DNA of 64,000 nucleotides, taken from contig NC_086108.1 in assembly GCF_963921235.1 (NCBI RefSeq), forward strand, positions 64,110,001-64,174,000, read 5' to 3'. Numbering within the stretch: the stretch's first letter is position 1; every line of letters begins with the position of its first letter. A program made the translations under genes and the position numbers. This stretch comes from Mobula hypostoma. Taxonomy: Eukaryota. Below, piece after piece: positions 24,092 to 37,061 of this stretch. The notes under the pieces were generated by a model. It had not been told where the DNA came from, did no database searches, and was given only the letters and a program-made list of their open reading frames with translations.

Positions 24092-24739
24092 TGTAAGCGT
24101 GCATTCTGCTTCCATTGCCGTTCTCCAGCAAGTTTCATCACTCCTTGCGCAGCCCTCCGGTGAAAAATGATATTGTATCTGTTAAATAGGGGCCGTGGAC
24201 AATTCTGATTTGATGGAGAATGGACATGAAAGCACAGAGGAACATCCTGAGCAATTTCTGAAACATCTATTCGCTGCTGTCGTTACTGTGCGGTCAGGAA
24301 TCTTTCAGAGGGTAGGCCTCAAAATCCCCGGCCTTGTCTGCTTTTGGCAACCGAGAAGGAAGTCGAATCGTTCGGACAGAGATGGCGCTCAGTACTCGGT
24401 GTCGGAGAGCTGATCAGAGCTCAAAGTTCTCGGATGACTCAGAGTCGGATTGTGGTTGGCATGGCAGGGAGAGTTTTTCTTCCTTCTCCTGTCTGCGTGA
24501 GATGTGGGACATTTGAGAGACTTTGAACTTTACTGTGCTCATGGACTTCTTCATCAAGTTATGGTATTGTTGCACTATTTGTAACTATATGTTATAATTA
24601 TGTGGTTTTGTCAGTTTTTTCAGTCTTGGTCTGTCCTGTGTTTTGTGATATCACACCGGAGGAAATAATGTATCATTTCTTAATGCATGCATTACTAAAT
24701 GACAATAAAAAAGGACTGCGTGTCTTCATAATCTAATCT
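24092..24739 (+). mobile_element. Non-coding retroposon with (AATCT)n tail (LINE 3'UTR or SINE-like)
   Basis: Ends ACAATAAA...CATAATCTAATCT. Its 3' part recurs at 21603 and 4895. Interrupts the Gypsy protease region. Confidence 0.7.
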
Positions 24740-25575
24740 TTGCCTTCTCATCAAGAAGTGATGCTGGCAGCACACTCACCTGAACACTTGTGACACAGAG
24801 GAAGCCTCGACCTGAAAGGGTGTCTGTAATGAACAGTAGATGTCCCTGGCAGCTGGAACCCATAGTGTTCACAGACCTTTGATGTCCGGATGCACTGGCA
24901 TTGTCAAAGCCGCAAGGCAATCGGTAAATTTAGCGTTCATAGCAAAGCCAATATGGTAAAAACACAGGCTTGGTGATGTCTGTTTCATAGCTGCAGGTGT
25001 CCGTATGTTGAGGGCCTTGCTGACCAGGCTTATTGAAGCAGGGGAGAGAGGAAGGATTAAGCACCTCTGCCCGGCCGAGTGCAGACTGCCAGCCATTTTA
25101 GCAAGCTCCCTATCATCTTTCACTATTGCATTAGCGAGGGCTGTGCAAGTTTGAACAGGCACTTGCTGCATGAAGAGTTCTTTAAAAATAAAACAAGGAT
25201 GGTGATTTCCCAGGAGAGACAGCATGTGGACCATTAGCTCCAATGGCTTAGCATTACTGAGGCTGAGCAAGGAAAGCAGCTGTTTGGCACGCTCTGACTC
25301 CGATAGTCCAGAAGGCTGTAATAGGTGAGTTTTCAGCAATCAGTATTTATCATGTTCAGGCGAGTGTTACAGTTGCCTCACCACTCTTGCTGTCATGGAA
25401 TTACTGAGTGATGCTAGTATATAAAAATACTTGGTGCTGTCAGCGGAGGTTTCTCAAAGCACAAATTGGGGCTCAGTTCGTACAAACCGAGCAATGACAT
25501 TTTGCTCCCTAAACTCTGGCAGTTTCAAAGCGACTACATTGGCCCACATGTTCAATAGCTGGAATCATCCTAGAT

Positions 25576-25589
25576 CATCGGGGTCACCA
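25576..25589 (-). promoter_or_regulatory. Primer-binding site complementary to tRNA-Trp
   Basis: Minus-strand TGGTGACCCCGATG directly follows the LTR. The canonical tRNA-Trp PBS begins TGGTGACCCCGACG. Confidence 0.8.
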
Positions 25590-26082
25590 ATAAATAGAAT
25601 GGAGTCAGGCATTTTATGTTTAAGAAAAACCATAACATATTTTATTGAACTCCAAAACCTGAACACAAAAGCACATTAAAAACCCTTTACGAAATTATGT
25701 CATCACATCAGACCAGCCTCTTAAAGTGAACCCCAACTAGTTGTGAATTATGTACACTTCCACCAATTATGTTACCCTACATTTTGTGGTGACTTCCAAC
25801 TCTATGCTGTAAAGCTGAATATGGGTGAAGTAGTGAGCCTCCCTCTGAAACGCATGCATGAGTGGAAGAACAGGAACACAATTACACAACTATTGTGAAT
25901 AACCTATTCACAGGAAGAAAGATGAGGCTGGAGAACAGGTCAGTTAGCAGGAAGCCACACCCACCCATGGTGCTCAAGCAGCATTTCTCCTCAATGTTGA
26001 ACCTCATCATGTACTTAACTCATCTTTGTGACATCATTGACATTTGCCAAATTCTGTACCACTACTCCAACAAATCATATGG

Positions 26083-26185
26083 TAGCAACACATGCAAAGT
26101 GCTGGTGAACTCAGCAGACCAGGCAGCAGTTATGGAAAAGAGTATAGTTAACGTTTCAGCCCAAGGCCCTTCATCGGGACTGGCG
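26083..26185 (-). mobile_element. Penelope pseudo-LTR fragment
   Basis: AGCAACACATGCAAAGTGCTGGTGAACTCAGCAG...ACGTTTCAGCCCAAGGCCCTTCATCGGGACTGG. Confidence 0.75.
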
Positions 26186-26302
26186 TAATAAGCTTTCAAA
26201 TTCAAACTGTTCAGTTATATGCCATTAGTTGCTTCCAGCCTGACACTCAAAATATGAGCAACATCGAGCCATGTGCAAGGCACAGATACAGCACACGTAT
26301 CT

Positions 26303-26600
26303 GTACAGTCTCAGAATTGAAGGACGTCTCTTTAGAACAGAGATGAGGAGGAATCTGTCTTGCCAGTGGGTGGTGAATCTGTGGAATTCATTGACACAGA
26401 TGGCTGTGGAGGCCAAATCATTGGATATATTTAAAGTGGAGGTTGATAGGTTCTTGTTTAGTGAGGACATCAAAGGCTACGGGGAGAAGGCAGAAGAAAG
26501 GGGTTGGGAGGGATAATAAATCAACTATGATGGAATGGCAGAGTGGACACAATGAGCTGAATGGCCGAATTCTGCTCCTACATCTTATATCTTATGGTTT
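26303..26600 (+). mobile_element. CR1 3' end
   Basis: SLRIEGRLFRTEMRRN...VVNLWNSLTQMAVEA, with a TCTTATATCTTATGG tail. Confidence 0.9.
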
Positions 26601-27236
26601 AAAACTATACAGCAAAATTATTTTCAGAGCTCTGAGAAGGAATTTCTGAGCTACTGAGGCTGCAAAGGAAAGTACATAAGTACACAAAATTTAGAATAAA
26701 AAAATTCGAAGGAAATTCAGAGGATCACTAGCACAAACAAACCAACAGCAAGGTAAAAAAAAATCATCAGGGACACTTGGATATGGAGGTAAAAGTTTGA
26801 TTCACTGCTTAATGTTATCAGGTGCACAGCGAACCCAAGATTGATCCTTAAAGCTCAGCTTTATCATCTTCTATTCCCTCTATCTGACCCATCATTCTAT
26901 TTATATGTTATTTGATGAATCCTTAAGTATAAATTACAATCTTGTACTGATTCTCATTTAGTCATTTCTATTAAAGGTAATATCTTCCTCCATCCTTTTA
27001 GATAAATATATTTGAATCTTTGTATTTTTATCCTTGTGTTTACCTTCCTTGCTCCACATGTAATCCAAGCATATTAGTCAATTTTATATTTATCTTTAGG
27101 TAGGGACATTAAACTGCCTACTGCCCAAGTGTGTAAAAGATCCTCCAATATTATTTTTAAGTGTGGGAAATTCTCTTACATTCAAAGGTTCATTCCTTAT
27201 CAAAGTATACAACTCTAAATTTCTTCGGTTCTCCAG

Positions 27237-28165
27237 TTAGCCATGAAACCAAGATTGAAAAGAAAAGCAGCACAATCATCAACACTGAAATCTTACCTCC
27301 CTGCAAAAAAAAACCTTACAAAAATGCAGGCACGTCAACCAGCAAATCCCTCCTCCTGCACAAAAGCTGAACAAGCTAGATCAGGCACATCAACACCCAA
27401 ATCCCTCCTCCTAAACAATTAACAAAATAGATCAGACACGTCGACCCCCAAATCCCCTTCCCCACACATAAAGAACCGAGAAGATCGGGCAAAAAAAACA
27501 CAGAATATAAAAATTGTAAGACTGAAAAAAAGACCCGATAGTCCAAGTCCACATCCAAAATGCAGAAAAACTCCTGGGCAACACTCTCCAGGTGCAGCGT
27601 CAGGTTTTCCCCTCTCCAGTACAGAGCAACCGATCAAAAGGCAAGCAGGCGGCGCTCTCCCTCTGCACTCACTTCGATGCTTCAATCTCCTTCATCACTA
27701 AATGTCAGCTTGCACCTCATCCTGCAGCCTGCCCGCTATGAGGTTCGCACATGCTGCCTCTGCCTCCCAGAATCCTGTCGGAGACTGGAGAGCACTGGAA
27801 TACCCAAACGATCTCCAAACTTCCAACCTCACCTTGATGTTTCAATCGCCCTCTTCGCTTTAATTAGCGAACAATAGAAGCAGTGATCAGCGAAATGGGA
27901 TCAAACACCGGCTTGCGCCATCCTACAGCCTTTTCGCCACAAGGTTCACTCAAGCTGCGTGCGTCTCCCAGAATCCTCTTGGAGACTACAGAGTGCTGAA
28001 ACACCCAAATAATCTCCAAACAGCAAAAAACTGGTTCCAACAGTACCAGAATCACATTCAAGATGAAAAACAAATGTAAAAGACATAAAAGAAGTGAAGA
28101 AGATAGTTTCAAGATCTAACAGGAAGATGTCGACCAAAGTTTTTACACAGGCGCCATCTTGACCA
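27237..28165 (-). mobile_element. Probable non-autonomous retroposon or LINE 5' region with internal AAATCCCTCCTCC repeats
   Basis: The minus strand begins CAAGATGGCGCC, a common LINE 5' motif. Three similar AAATCCC(T/C) units lie at 27344-27460. Richer in CpG than the flanks. Confidence 0.45.
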
Positions 28166-28874
28166 GAATGATAATTCAATTTTGACTAAAACAAACTACT
28201 AAGCCACAGTCTCATTTTCATTTGTAGGTGCTTGCACTGCACAATTTTACTGCTGTCAAACTATATTACCAAGGCAAACGTTTTGCTAAAATATTTCATT
28301 AATTTTGGAACATGCTGGTATTGTGAAAGCCATTACACAAATGCAATACTTCTTTTTCTTTCTAAAACTTCCTTCCAGGTTTATAATTTCTGAATTGTGG
28401 GCTGAGATTAGGAACTTTGCATGCAGAAGTTATACATGTCACATCAATTCCAGAGAAGGCACAATGAAGAATCCAATTTCCAATTAGGTCTGCCCAGTGC
28501 ACACATATTGAAGCATTTAAGGAAGCTTACCATTCTGTTTTTCCATAGCCTCTATGCACTCATGTACATCTGGTATGATTCTGGAAGCCAAGTGCTGCAA
28601 TTAATGAATAGCTAATAAAGCTGACAATTTATCTTAGGGGATGTACATCATAAGTCGAAACATTTTCATCACTGCTTGATGAAATCATCCAAGGAAATGA
28701 TGGACCAGCAGATGTTTCAGTTAACTGATGAATATGAGCTACTTGAACTTAGTTCATCAAGCAGAACAAGGCCTGGCTGTCCTTGATTTGTATACATACC
28801 CTTGATTTAAAGAGTATGTTTAGGACTATAAATAATTTAGTTATAGTGGTATGTGAGAAATGCCCTTGAAAATT

Positions 28875-30400
28875 TTCAAGATTCAAGATTGTTTAATGTC
28901 ATTTCCAGTAAATAAGTGTAAAGTAAATGAAATAACTGTTAGACCAGATCCAACAAAACACAAAAAAACAACACAATAAGATAAAGAACACAAAAATTAA
29001 AAATACGATAAATATAAATACAAAAGATAGCTTCTATACATAGGTTGATTATATGTCCATAAAGTGATGCTATGCACAGGAGTGTCTGTACATAAGGTGA
29101 CACTGACAGGAAATGAAGTAGTGGAAGTACGGGGGGGCGGGATTATGGAGGGGTGGGTTAGTGGGTGGAGGTCTTGATCAGCTTTATTGCTTCAGGAAAG
29201 TAACAGTTTTTGAGTATGGTGGTCCTGACATGGATGTTATGTAGTTTCCTACCTGATGGGAGTGGGACAAACAGTCCATGAGCAGGATGGGTGAGATCCT
29301 TTAAGTTGTTACTGGTCCTTTTCTGGCACCTGTCTCTATAATGTGTCCTTGATGGCAGATAGGCTGGTGCTGGTGATGGGTTGGGCAGCTTTGACTACCC
29401 ATTGTAGAGCCTTCATGTCTGCTGCAGTGCACTTTCCATACCATGCGGTGATGTAGCATGTTAGGACGCTCTCTACTGTGTGACATGAGTATAGATGTGC
29501 ATATTCTGGATCCCTTCAGCCTCCTCAGAAAGTAGAGGCGTTGGTGAGCTTCCTTGATTATGTGGTCCAATTACAAACAGGAGAAAATTTGCAAATGCTG
29601 GAAATCCAAGCAATACACACAAAATGCTGAAGAAACTCAGCAGGCCAGGCAGCATCTGTGGAAAAGAGTAAACAGTTGACATTTTGGGCCGAGACCCTTA
29701 ATCAGGACTGGATGTGTAGGGTGAGTTCTGGGACCATGAGAGTTTGTGCAAGATGTGCACTCCTAGGAGATTAAAACTGCTTGCAGTTTCCACTGCTGTA
29801 TCACCAAGGTGAAGAGGGATATGATAGGTGCAAGTTCTCCTGAAGTTGATAACCATCTCCTTTGTCTTGTTGACACCAGACACTAAGCTGTTCCACCTCC
29901 TCTCTGTAGGCCATCTCATTATTGTGTTTATTGTGGCAAGAATGGAGTTTTTGGCATGATGACTGGCATAAGTGCCAATGGACAGTACTCATTTAGTTCT
30001 GAAGGTGCAGAATGCTTTGGTACAGGGATGATGGTGGCTAATTTGAACCATGTGGGGACAGCAGTCTGGATGAGTGAAATGTTGGAGATGTTCGTGAAAG
30101 TGTCACTGAGCTGGCATGCACAATGCCTGAGTACTCAGCCTGGGATGTTGCCCAGCCCAGCCACCTTACAGGGGTTGACTCTCTGCAGAGTCCTTCTCAC
30201 ACTTGCTGCTATTACGTTCAATGGCTGCTTACCTCAGAGAGTGGTAGCTTTTGTACCTGGCATTCAGTTGTTGCATAAAAGTTGTCTAGAGCATCGGGGG
30301 GTGGAGGGGGGGGAGGCGCCACTGGTACTGTCAACTTTGTTTCACCTTACATAGTCAGTAATAGCCTCGAGGCCACGCACCTCAGCGTTTAACCAGGGAT
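28875..30400 (-). mobile_element. Internally deleted Rex1/Babar LINE with a Penelope fragment nested at about 29570-29710
   Basis: NKTKEMVINFRR...FNLLGVHI and IKEAHQRLYFLRRLK. (TTCAAGA)n tail. The nested piece reads ACAAACAGGAGAAAATTTGCAAATGCTGG...GACCCTTAATCAGGACTGG. Confidence 0.88.
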
Positions 30401-31726
30401 TCTGGTGGGCATCAAAAATGTGGTATAGGGATTCTGCAGAATGCATTTGATTTTTTTTTAATTTAGATGCAATTGTTATAATTTCAATAATGACAATTTA
30501 TTCTAACTTCAGTAATTGCATTTATATGAACTAATCGTCATCATACAGCATTGTCTTTAAAATTCTCAGATAGATAATCAAATTAGTAGGGAGAACGCAT
30601 ATTCCCTGCAAGCTTGTTAAGTTTTTTTTAAATCAGCATCCCAAGCATGTTAGATATATAGGTAAGAAGAACCAATAAAACTTTTATATTTATAAGGACA
30701 GAGAAGAGGGTCGTTTACTATTCCAGTTTCGTGCCTGTTCCAGAGAAGTTATCACATTAGCCCTTTCCAGAGGGCCTTGTAAACTTGCTTCATTGCAGGC
30801 ATTGCAACAATATTGCACTGTCAGCATGAAAGAAACAAAATGAAGGATTGTGACGCACTTTCAAAAATCCATAAGACGTGGCTTGACTGACAGCTTTGAG
30901 CAATAGAAGCTACCAGCTGCTCAAGCTGATTCCAGCCCGTAATCCCCCAAGTATCACTTTTATATTATCAGCTCTTAAAACACTGTCCAGTTTATTCACC
31001 TTTTGTAAAATAGCAAAATATTGCAGATCTAAAATAATATGTTCAAATACTCAGCAGGTTAGGCAGCTTGTCTGGAGAAAAAGATTTAACATTGATAGGA
31101 GGGATATGAAGGGCTATGGTCCCAGTACAGGTTGATGGGAGTATACAGTTTAAAGGGTTTCAGCATGGATTAGATAGGCCAAAGGGCCTGTTTCTGTGCT
31201 GTAATTTTCTATGACTCTGTGACTATTTCAAAATGATAACATGTCATCAGAAACTAGCAGACACCAACGTGTGTCTTTCCATGTTCATCAAATTTGAGGT
31301 CCAATAAAATTTATAGACTGCTTTGCTTATCAAGGGGGAGGAGAATGTAGTTTGTATTTTGGGAAATTTCACTAGATGATTGAAATGTTTCTTTATTCAC
31401 TTGTTTTCACGAAAAAAATGAAGAACCTCTCCTTGGAAAATAGTATATGTTGCTTCTTTGATGATTAATGGGGATTATCAACATGCTGCTCAAAAGGTAT
31501 GAATTGCCTGCTACAGGTTGATCGACTCTAGAAATGGAATGAAGACGAGTTTTCTTGTGATTGCAGCCTTCTAAGATATATTTCTCCAATAATGAAAGTC
31601 CATATAAATGTGTAGTTAAGGAGAGGAAGATGTAAAGTACAACTGAGATTTTTTTTCACCCAACACTCATTTTCTGCATACAAAGTTAAGAAAAAGAAGG
31701 GAATACCCAATGGTATGCATTACCAG

Positions 31727-31941
31727 AGCAACACACACAAAAACACTGGAGAAACTCAGCAGGTTACAGCAAGTATGAAAGGGAATAAACAGTTGTCATT
31801 TTAGGCTCAGGCACTTGATCAAAATTTAATCGACATTTCAGGTTGAGATCCTTCATCTTCCATAAATGTTCCCTAACCTGCTGAGTTCCTCCGACATTTT
31901 GTTGCTCTGGATTTCCAGCATCTCCAGAATCTCCTGTGTTT
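31727..31941. mobile_element. Degenerate inverted pair of Penelope pseudo-LTR ends
   Basis: AGCAACACACACAAAAACACTGGAGAAACTCAGCAGG ... CCTGCTGAGTTCCTCCGACATTTTGTTGCT. Confidence 0.7.
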
Positions 31942-32649
31942 ATGTTTTGAGTATATCTAGTGCCCGCAAGAGGTATTCTAACTGCCCCCCACCCCGAAGT
32001 TTTCATGTTTTATTGTTTTACAACATTGAACCACAGTGGATTTAATTTGGCTTTTTTTGACACTGATCAACAGAAAAACTCTTTCAGGTCAAAGTGAAAA
32101 CAAATTTCTATAAATTGGTCTAAATTTATTACAATTATAAAGCACAAAATAATTGATTGCAAAATTCCTCATCCCCTTCAAGTCAGCATTTAGCAGATGC
32201 ACCATTGGCAACAATTACAGCCTTGAGTTTGTGTCAGTTTTGTACATCTGGCCACTACAATTTTTTTTCCCCACTCTTCTTTATAAAACTGCTCAAGCTC
32301 TGTCAGATTGCATGGGGATCATAAGTGAACAGCCCTTTTCAAGTACAGCCACAAATTCTCAATTGCACTGAGGACTGGACTCGGACTTGGCCGCTCCAGG
32401 ATATTAACTCTGTTGTTTATAAGCCATTCCTGCGTAGCTTTGGCTTTATGCTTGGGTCATTGTCTTGATGGAAAGCAAATCTTCTCCCAAGTTACAGCTA
32501 TATAACCATATAATAATCACAGCATGGAAACAGGCCATCTCGGCCCTTCTAGTCCGTGCTGAACTCTTACTCTCACCTAGTCCCACCGACCTGCACTCAG
32601 CCCATAACCCTCCATTCCATTCCTGTCCACATAGCTATCCAATTTTACT

Positions 32650-35590
32650 TTAAATGACAGTATCGAACCTGTCTCAACCACTTCTGCTGGAAGCTGGTTC
32701 CACGCAGCTACCACTCTCTGAGTAAAGAAGTTCCCCCTCATGTTACTCCTAAATTTTTACCCTCCAAACTCTCAACTCATGTCCTCTTGTTTGAATCTCC
32801 CCTATACTCAATGGATAAAGCCTATCCAAGTCAACTCTATCTAACCCCCTCATAATTTTAAATACCTCTATTAAGTCCCCCTCAACGTTCTACGCTCCAA
32901 AGAATAAAGACCCAACCTGTTCAACCTTTCTCCATAACTTAGGTGCTGAAACCCAGGTAACATTCTAGTAAATCTTTTCTGTACTCTCTCTATTTTCTGA
33001 CATCTTTCCTATAATTCAGTGACCAGAACTGTATACAATACTCCAAATTTAGCTTACCAATGCCTTGTACAACTTAAATATTACATCCCTAATCCTATAC
33101 TCAATGCTCTGATTTATAAAGGCCAGCATACCAAAAGCATTCTTCACCATCCTACCCACATGAGATTCCACCTTCAGGGAACTATGCACCGTTATTCCTA
33201 GATCCCTCTGTTCTATTTCATTCTTCAATGCCCTACCAATTACCATGTATATCCTATTTTGATTAGTCCTACCAAAATGTAGCACCTCACATTTATCAAC
33301 ATTAAACTCCATCTGCCATCTTTCAGCCCACTCTTCTAACTGGCCTAAATCTCTCTGCAAGCTTTGAAAACCTATTTAATTATCCATAAACAACAGGAAT
33401 TCTGCAGATGCTGGAAATTCAAGCAACACACATCAAAGTTGCTGGTGAATGCAGCAGGCCAGGCAGCATCTCTAGGAAGAGGTACAGTTGACATTTCAGG
33501 CCGAGACCCTTCGTCAAGTCTAAACGAAGGGTATCGGCCTGAAACGTCGACTGTACCTCTTCCTAGAGATGCTGCCTGGCCTGCTACGTTCACAAGCAAC
33601 TTTGATGTGTGTTGCTTCATTATCCACAACACCACCTATCTTAGTATCATCTGCATACTTACTAATCCAATTTGCCACCCCATCATTCAGATCATTAATG
33701 TATATGACAAACAACATTGGACCCAGTACAGATCCCTGAGGCACACAGCTAGTCATCGGCCTCCAATCTGACAAACAGTTATCCACCACTACTCTCTGGC
33801 ATCTCCCATCCAGCCACTGCTGAATCCATTTTACTACTTCAATATTAATACCTAACGATTAAACCTTCCTAACTAACCTTTCATGTGGAACCTTGTCAAA
33901 GGCCTGACTGAAGTCCATATAGACAATATCCACCACTTTACCTTCGTCAACTTTCCTAGTAACCTCTTCAAAAAATTCAATAAGATTTGTCAAACATGAC
34001 CTTCCACGCACAAATCCATGTTGACTGTTCCTAATCAGACCCTGTCTATCCAGATATTTATATATGCCATCTCTAAGAATACTTTCCATCAATTTACCCA
34101 CCACTGACGTTAAACTCACAGGCCGATAATTGCTAGGTTTACTCTTAGAAACCTTTTGAAACAATGGAACAGCATGAGCAATATGCCAATCCTTCGGTAC
34201 CATCCCCATTTCTAATAACATTTGAAATATTTCTGTCAGAGCTCCTGTTATTTCTACACTAACATCCATTAACGTCCAAGGGAATATCCCGTCAGGACCC
34301 AGAGACTTATCCACTTTTATATTCCTTAAAATTGCCAGTACTTCCTCTTATTTAATCATTATAGCTTCCATAAATTACCTACCTGCTTCCCTGACCTTAC
34401 ACAATTCAATATCCTTCTCGTTTGTGAATACCGAAGAAAAGAAATTGTTCAAAGTCTCCCCCATCTCTTTTGATTCCACACATAGCTGTCCACTCTGATT
34501 CTCTAAGGGACCAATTTTATCCCTCACTATCCTTTTGCTATTAATATTACTGTAGAAACCCTCTGGATTTATTTTCACCTTACTTGCCAAAGCAACCTCA
34601 TATCTTCTTTTAGCTTTTTTAATTTCTTTAAGATTCCTTTCACATTCTTTACATTCCTAGAACACCTCATTTACTCCATGCTGCTTATATTTATTGTAGA
34701 TCTCTCTCTTTTTCCAAACCAAGTTTCCAATATCCCTTGAAAACCATGACTGTCTCAAACTTTTAACCTTTCCTTTCAACCCAACCGGAACATAAAGATT
34801 CTGTACCCGCAAAATTTCACCTTTAAATGACTTCCATTTCTCTATTACATTCTTCCCATAAAACAAATTCTCCCAATCCACTCCTTCTAAATCCTTTTGC
34901 ATCTCCTTAAAGTTAGCCTTTCTGCAATCAAAAATCTCAATCCTGGATTCAGACCTATCCTGCTCCATAATTATATTGAAACTAATGGCATTGTGATCAC
35001 TGGACCCAAAGTGCTCCCCAACACATATCTCCGTCATCTGACCTATCTCATTCCCGAAAAGGAGATCCAACACTTCCCCTTCTCTAGTTGGTACCTCTAT
35101 GTATTGCTGCAAAAAACTATCCTGCACACATTTTACAAACTCCCAATCATCCAGCCATTTTACAGTACGGGCTTCCCAGTTGATGTGTGGAAAATTAAAA
35201 TCTCCCACAATCACAAACTTGTGCTTTCTACAAATATCTGCTATCTCCTTACAAATTTGCTCCTCCAATTCTCACTCCCTATTAGGTGGTCTATAATACA
35301 CCCCTTTAAGTGTTTCTACACCTTTCCCATTCCTCAATTCCACCCAAATAGCCTCCCTAGATGAGCCCTCTAATCTATCCTGCCGGAGCACTGCTGTAAT
35401 ATTTTCTCTGATAAGCAATGCAACACCTTCCCCTCTTGTCCCTCTGATTCTATCACACCTGAATCACACCCCTCCTGCAATCATGCTTCACTAATAGCCA
35501 CCACATCATACTTCCAGGTATCAATCCATGCTTTAAGCTCAACCACCTTTCTTATGATGCTCCTTGCATTAAAATAAATGCATTTAAGAA
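32650..35590 (-). pseudogene. CR1 ORF2: APE endonuclease and reverse transcriptase (frameshifts and stops)
   Basis: LKCIYFNARSI, VGDFNFPHINW, GSSDHNAISF, NYRPVSLTS, QHGFVRGRSCLTNL, VPQGSVLGP and YADDTKIGG. Confidence 0.95.
33387..33618. mobile_element. Palindromic Penelope-derived insertion
   Basis: Arms 33421-33514 and 33523-33617 are near-perfect reverse complements. ATTATCCA is duplicated at 33379-33386 and 33619-33626. Confidence 0.9.
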
Positions 35591-35699
35591 AATTTCCACC
35601 TCCTACTCTTTGTTTATCACTAACGGTGCAAACAACTTTACTATCTTCTTTTTCTTCCTTATCCCCTATATCTGTTCCTACACTCTGTTTCCCCTCCCC

Positions 35700-36656
35700 C
35701 TTTGTATCTACAAAGTAGTTTAAATGCATCGGAGTCTCTCTAGCAAACCTACCTGCAAGAATATTTGTCCCCCTCCAGTTCAGATTTACACCGTCCCGCC
35801 AGAACAGGTCCCACCTTCCCTGGAAAACTTCCCAATTATCTATAAATCTGAAGCCCTCTCTCCTGCACCATGTGTTCAGCCACATGTTGATCTGCGCTAT
35901 CTTATTATTTCCAAAGCCGCTTGCACGTGGCACTGGTAGAAATCCTGAGATTGCTATCCTGGTGATCCTGTCCTTTAATTTGGCACCTAACTCCCTAAAC
36001 TCACACTTCAGGACCTCCCCACTCTTCCTACCCATGCCATTGGTCCCTACATGGACCACGACATCCGGCTGCTCACCCTCTCTCTTGAGAATACTGAGAA
36101 CTCGATCCGAGATATCGTGGACCTTGGCACCAGGGAGGCAACAGACCATCCGGGATTCTCAATCTCTCCCACAGAGCCTCTTCTCTGTCCCCCTAACTAT
36201 TGAATCCCCTATCACTACTGCTCTCCTCTTTTCCCTCCTTCCCTTCTGAGCTGAGGGTCCCGTCTCAGTGCCAGAGATGCAACCACCGCAACTTGTCCCT
36301 GGTAGGTTGTCCCCATCAACAGTATCCAAAATGATATACTTATTATTCGTGGGAACGGCCACAGGGGTGCTCTGCTCATTCTGTCTATTCCCCTTCCCTC
36401 TCCTGACAGTCACCCAGTTACCTGTCTCCTAACTCTTAGGGGTGACTAGCTCCCTGTAACTCCTGTTTATTTCTGCCTCTGCCTCCTGAATGATCTGAAG
36501 TTTATCCAGCTCCAGCTCCAGTTCCCTAACTTGATTTGTCAGGAGCTGCAGCTGGATGCACCTTTTACAGGTGTAGTCATCAGGGACGACTGTGCTCACC
36601 CTGACTTCCCACATACTGCATACAGAGCACTCAACCGCCCGAACTGCTGCCTCCAT
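35700..36656 (-). pseudogene. CR1 ORF1: zinc finger, leucine zipper and SGNH/GDSL esterase (in-frame stops)
   Basis: CSVCSMWEV...CKRC, LTNQVRELELELDKL, VIGDSIVRG, CLPGAKV, VVHVGTN and RDGVNLN. Confidence 0.92.
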
Positions 36657-37061
36657 TACCTACTCCTAAGGTAATTAAATTAATTAAAGGAACTTACCTG
36701 GCCTTACCTCACTTGGAGTGAAGCTCATCCTTCAGCCTCTGCTCGCCGAAGCCTCTCAAGCCAAAGCCTTCCTACTCTGTCTCCCACTATTCCGTCGTCC
36801 ACTCCGTTAATCTGCTCGCTTTTAAACTCTCCCGCTGCCTCACGGTCCGACTTACACGCGCTTACGCAGTCGTGCCCTGTTCAACTGCCGAAGAAAATGC
36901 TCTCTTGCAGATTGCATCAGATTTTGCTGCATTCATTTTACCCTCTTTCTTCCCAAGCCTTTCAGGGCCTGCTGCAGTGAAGCATCTCCACAGCATGATG
37001 TAGCTACCACCATGCTTCACAGTAGGGTTGGTGTGTTTTTGATGATGTGCAGTGTTTGGTT

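Larger units (their letters stand above)
19214..25781 (-). mobile_element. Decayed Gypsy LTR retrotransposon (5' LTR, gag, protease, RT, RNase H; no integrase or 3' LTR seen), multiply interrupted
   Basis: LTR about 25591-25781, starting TGTAGG on the minus strand. gag about 24869-25550. Protease LLFITDTLSGRGFLC. RT SPWASPLH...SKVDLIRGYHRVP...TPFGLFEF...FGLKNAAQTFQ...CLDDILV. RNase H FFSRPLQPPNRKYSTFDPELL at 19337-19543. Confidence 0.9.
32500..36898 (-). mobile_element. Full-length CR1 LINE (about 4.2 kb without the nested insert), ORFs disrupted
   Basis: CpG-rich 5'UTR at 36660-36898, then ORF1, ORF2 and 3'UTR in order. Inserted at host CAGC|TCTCTT. Confidence 0.96.
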
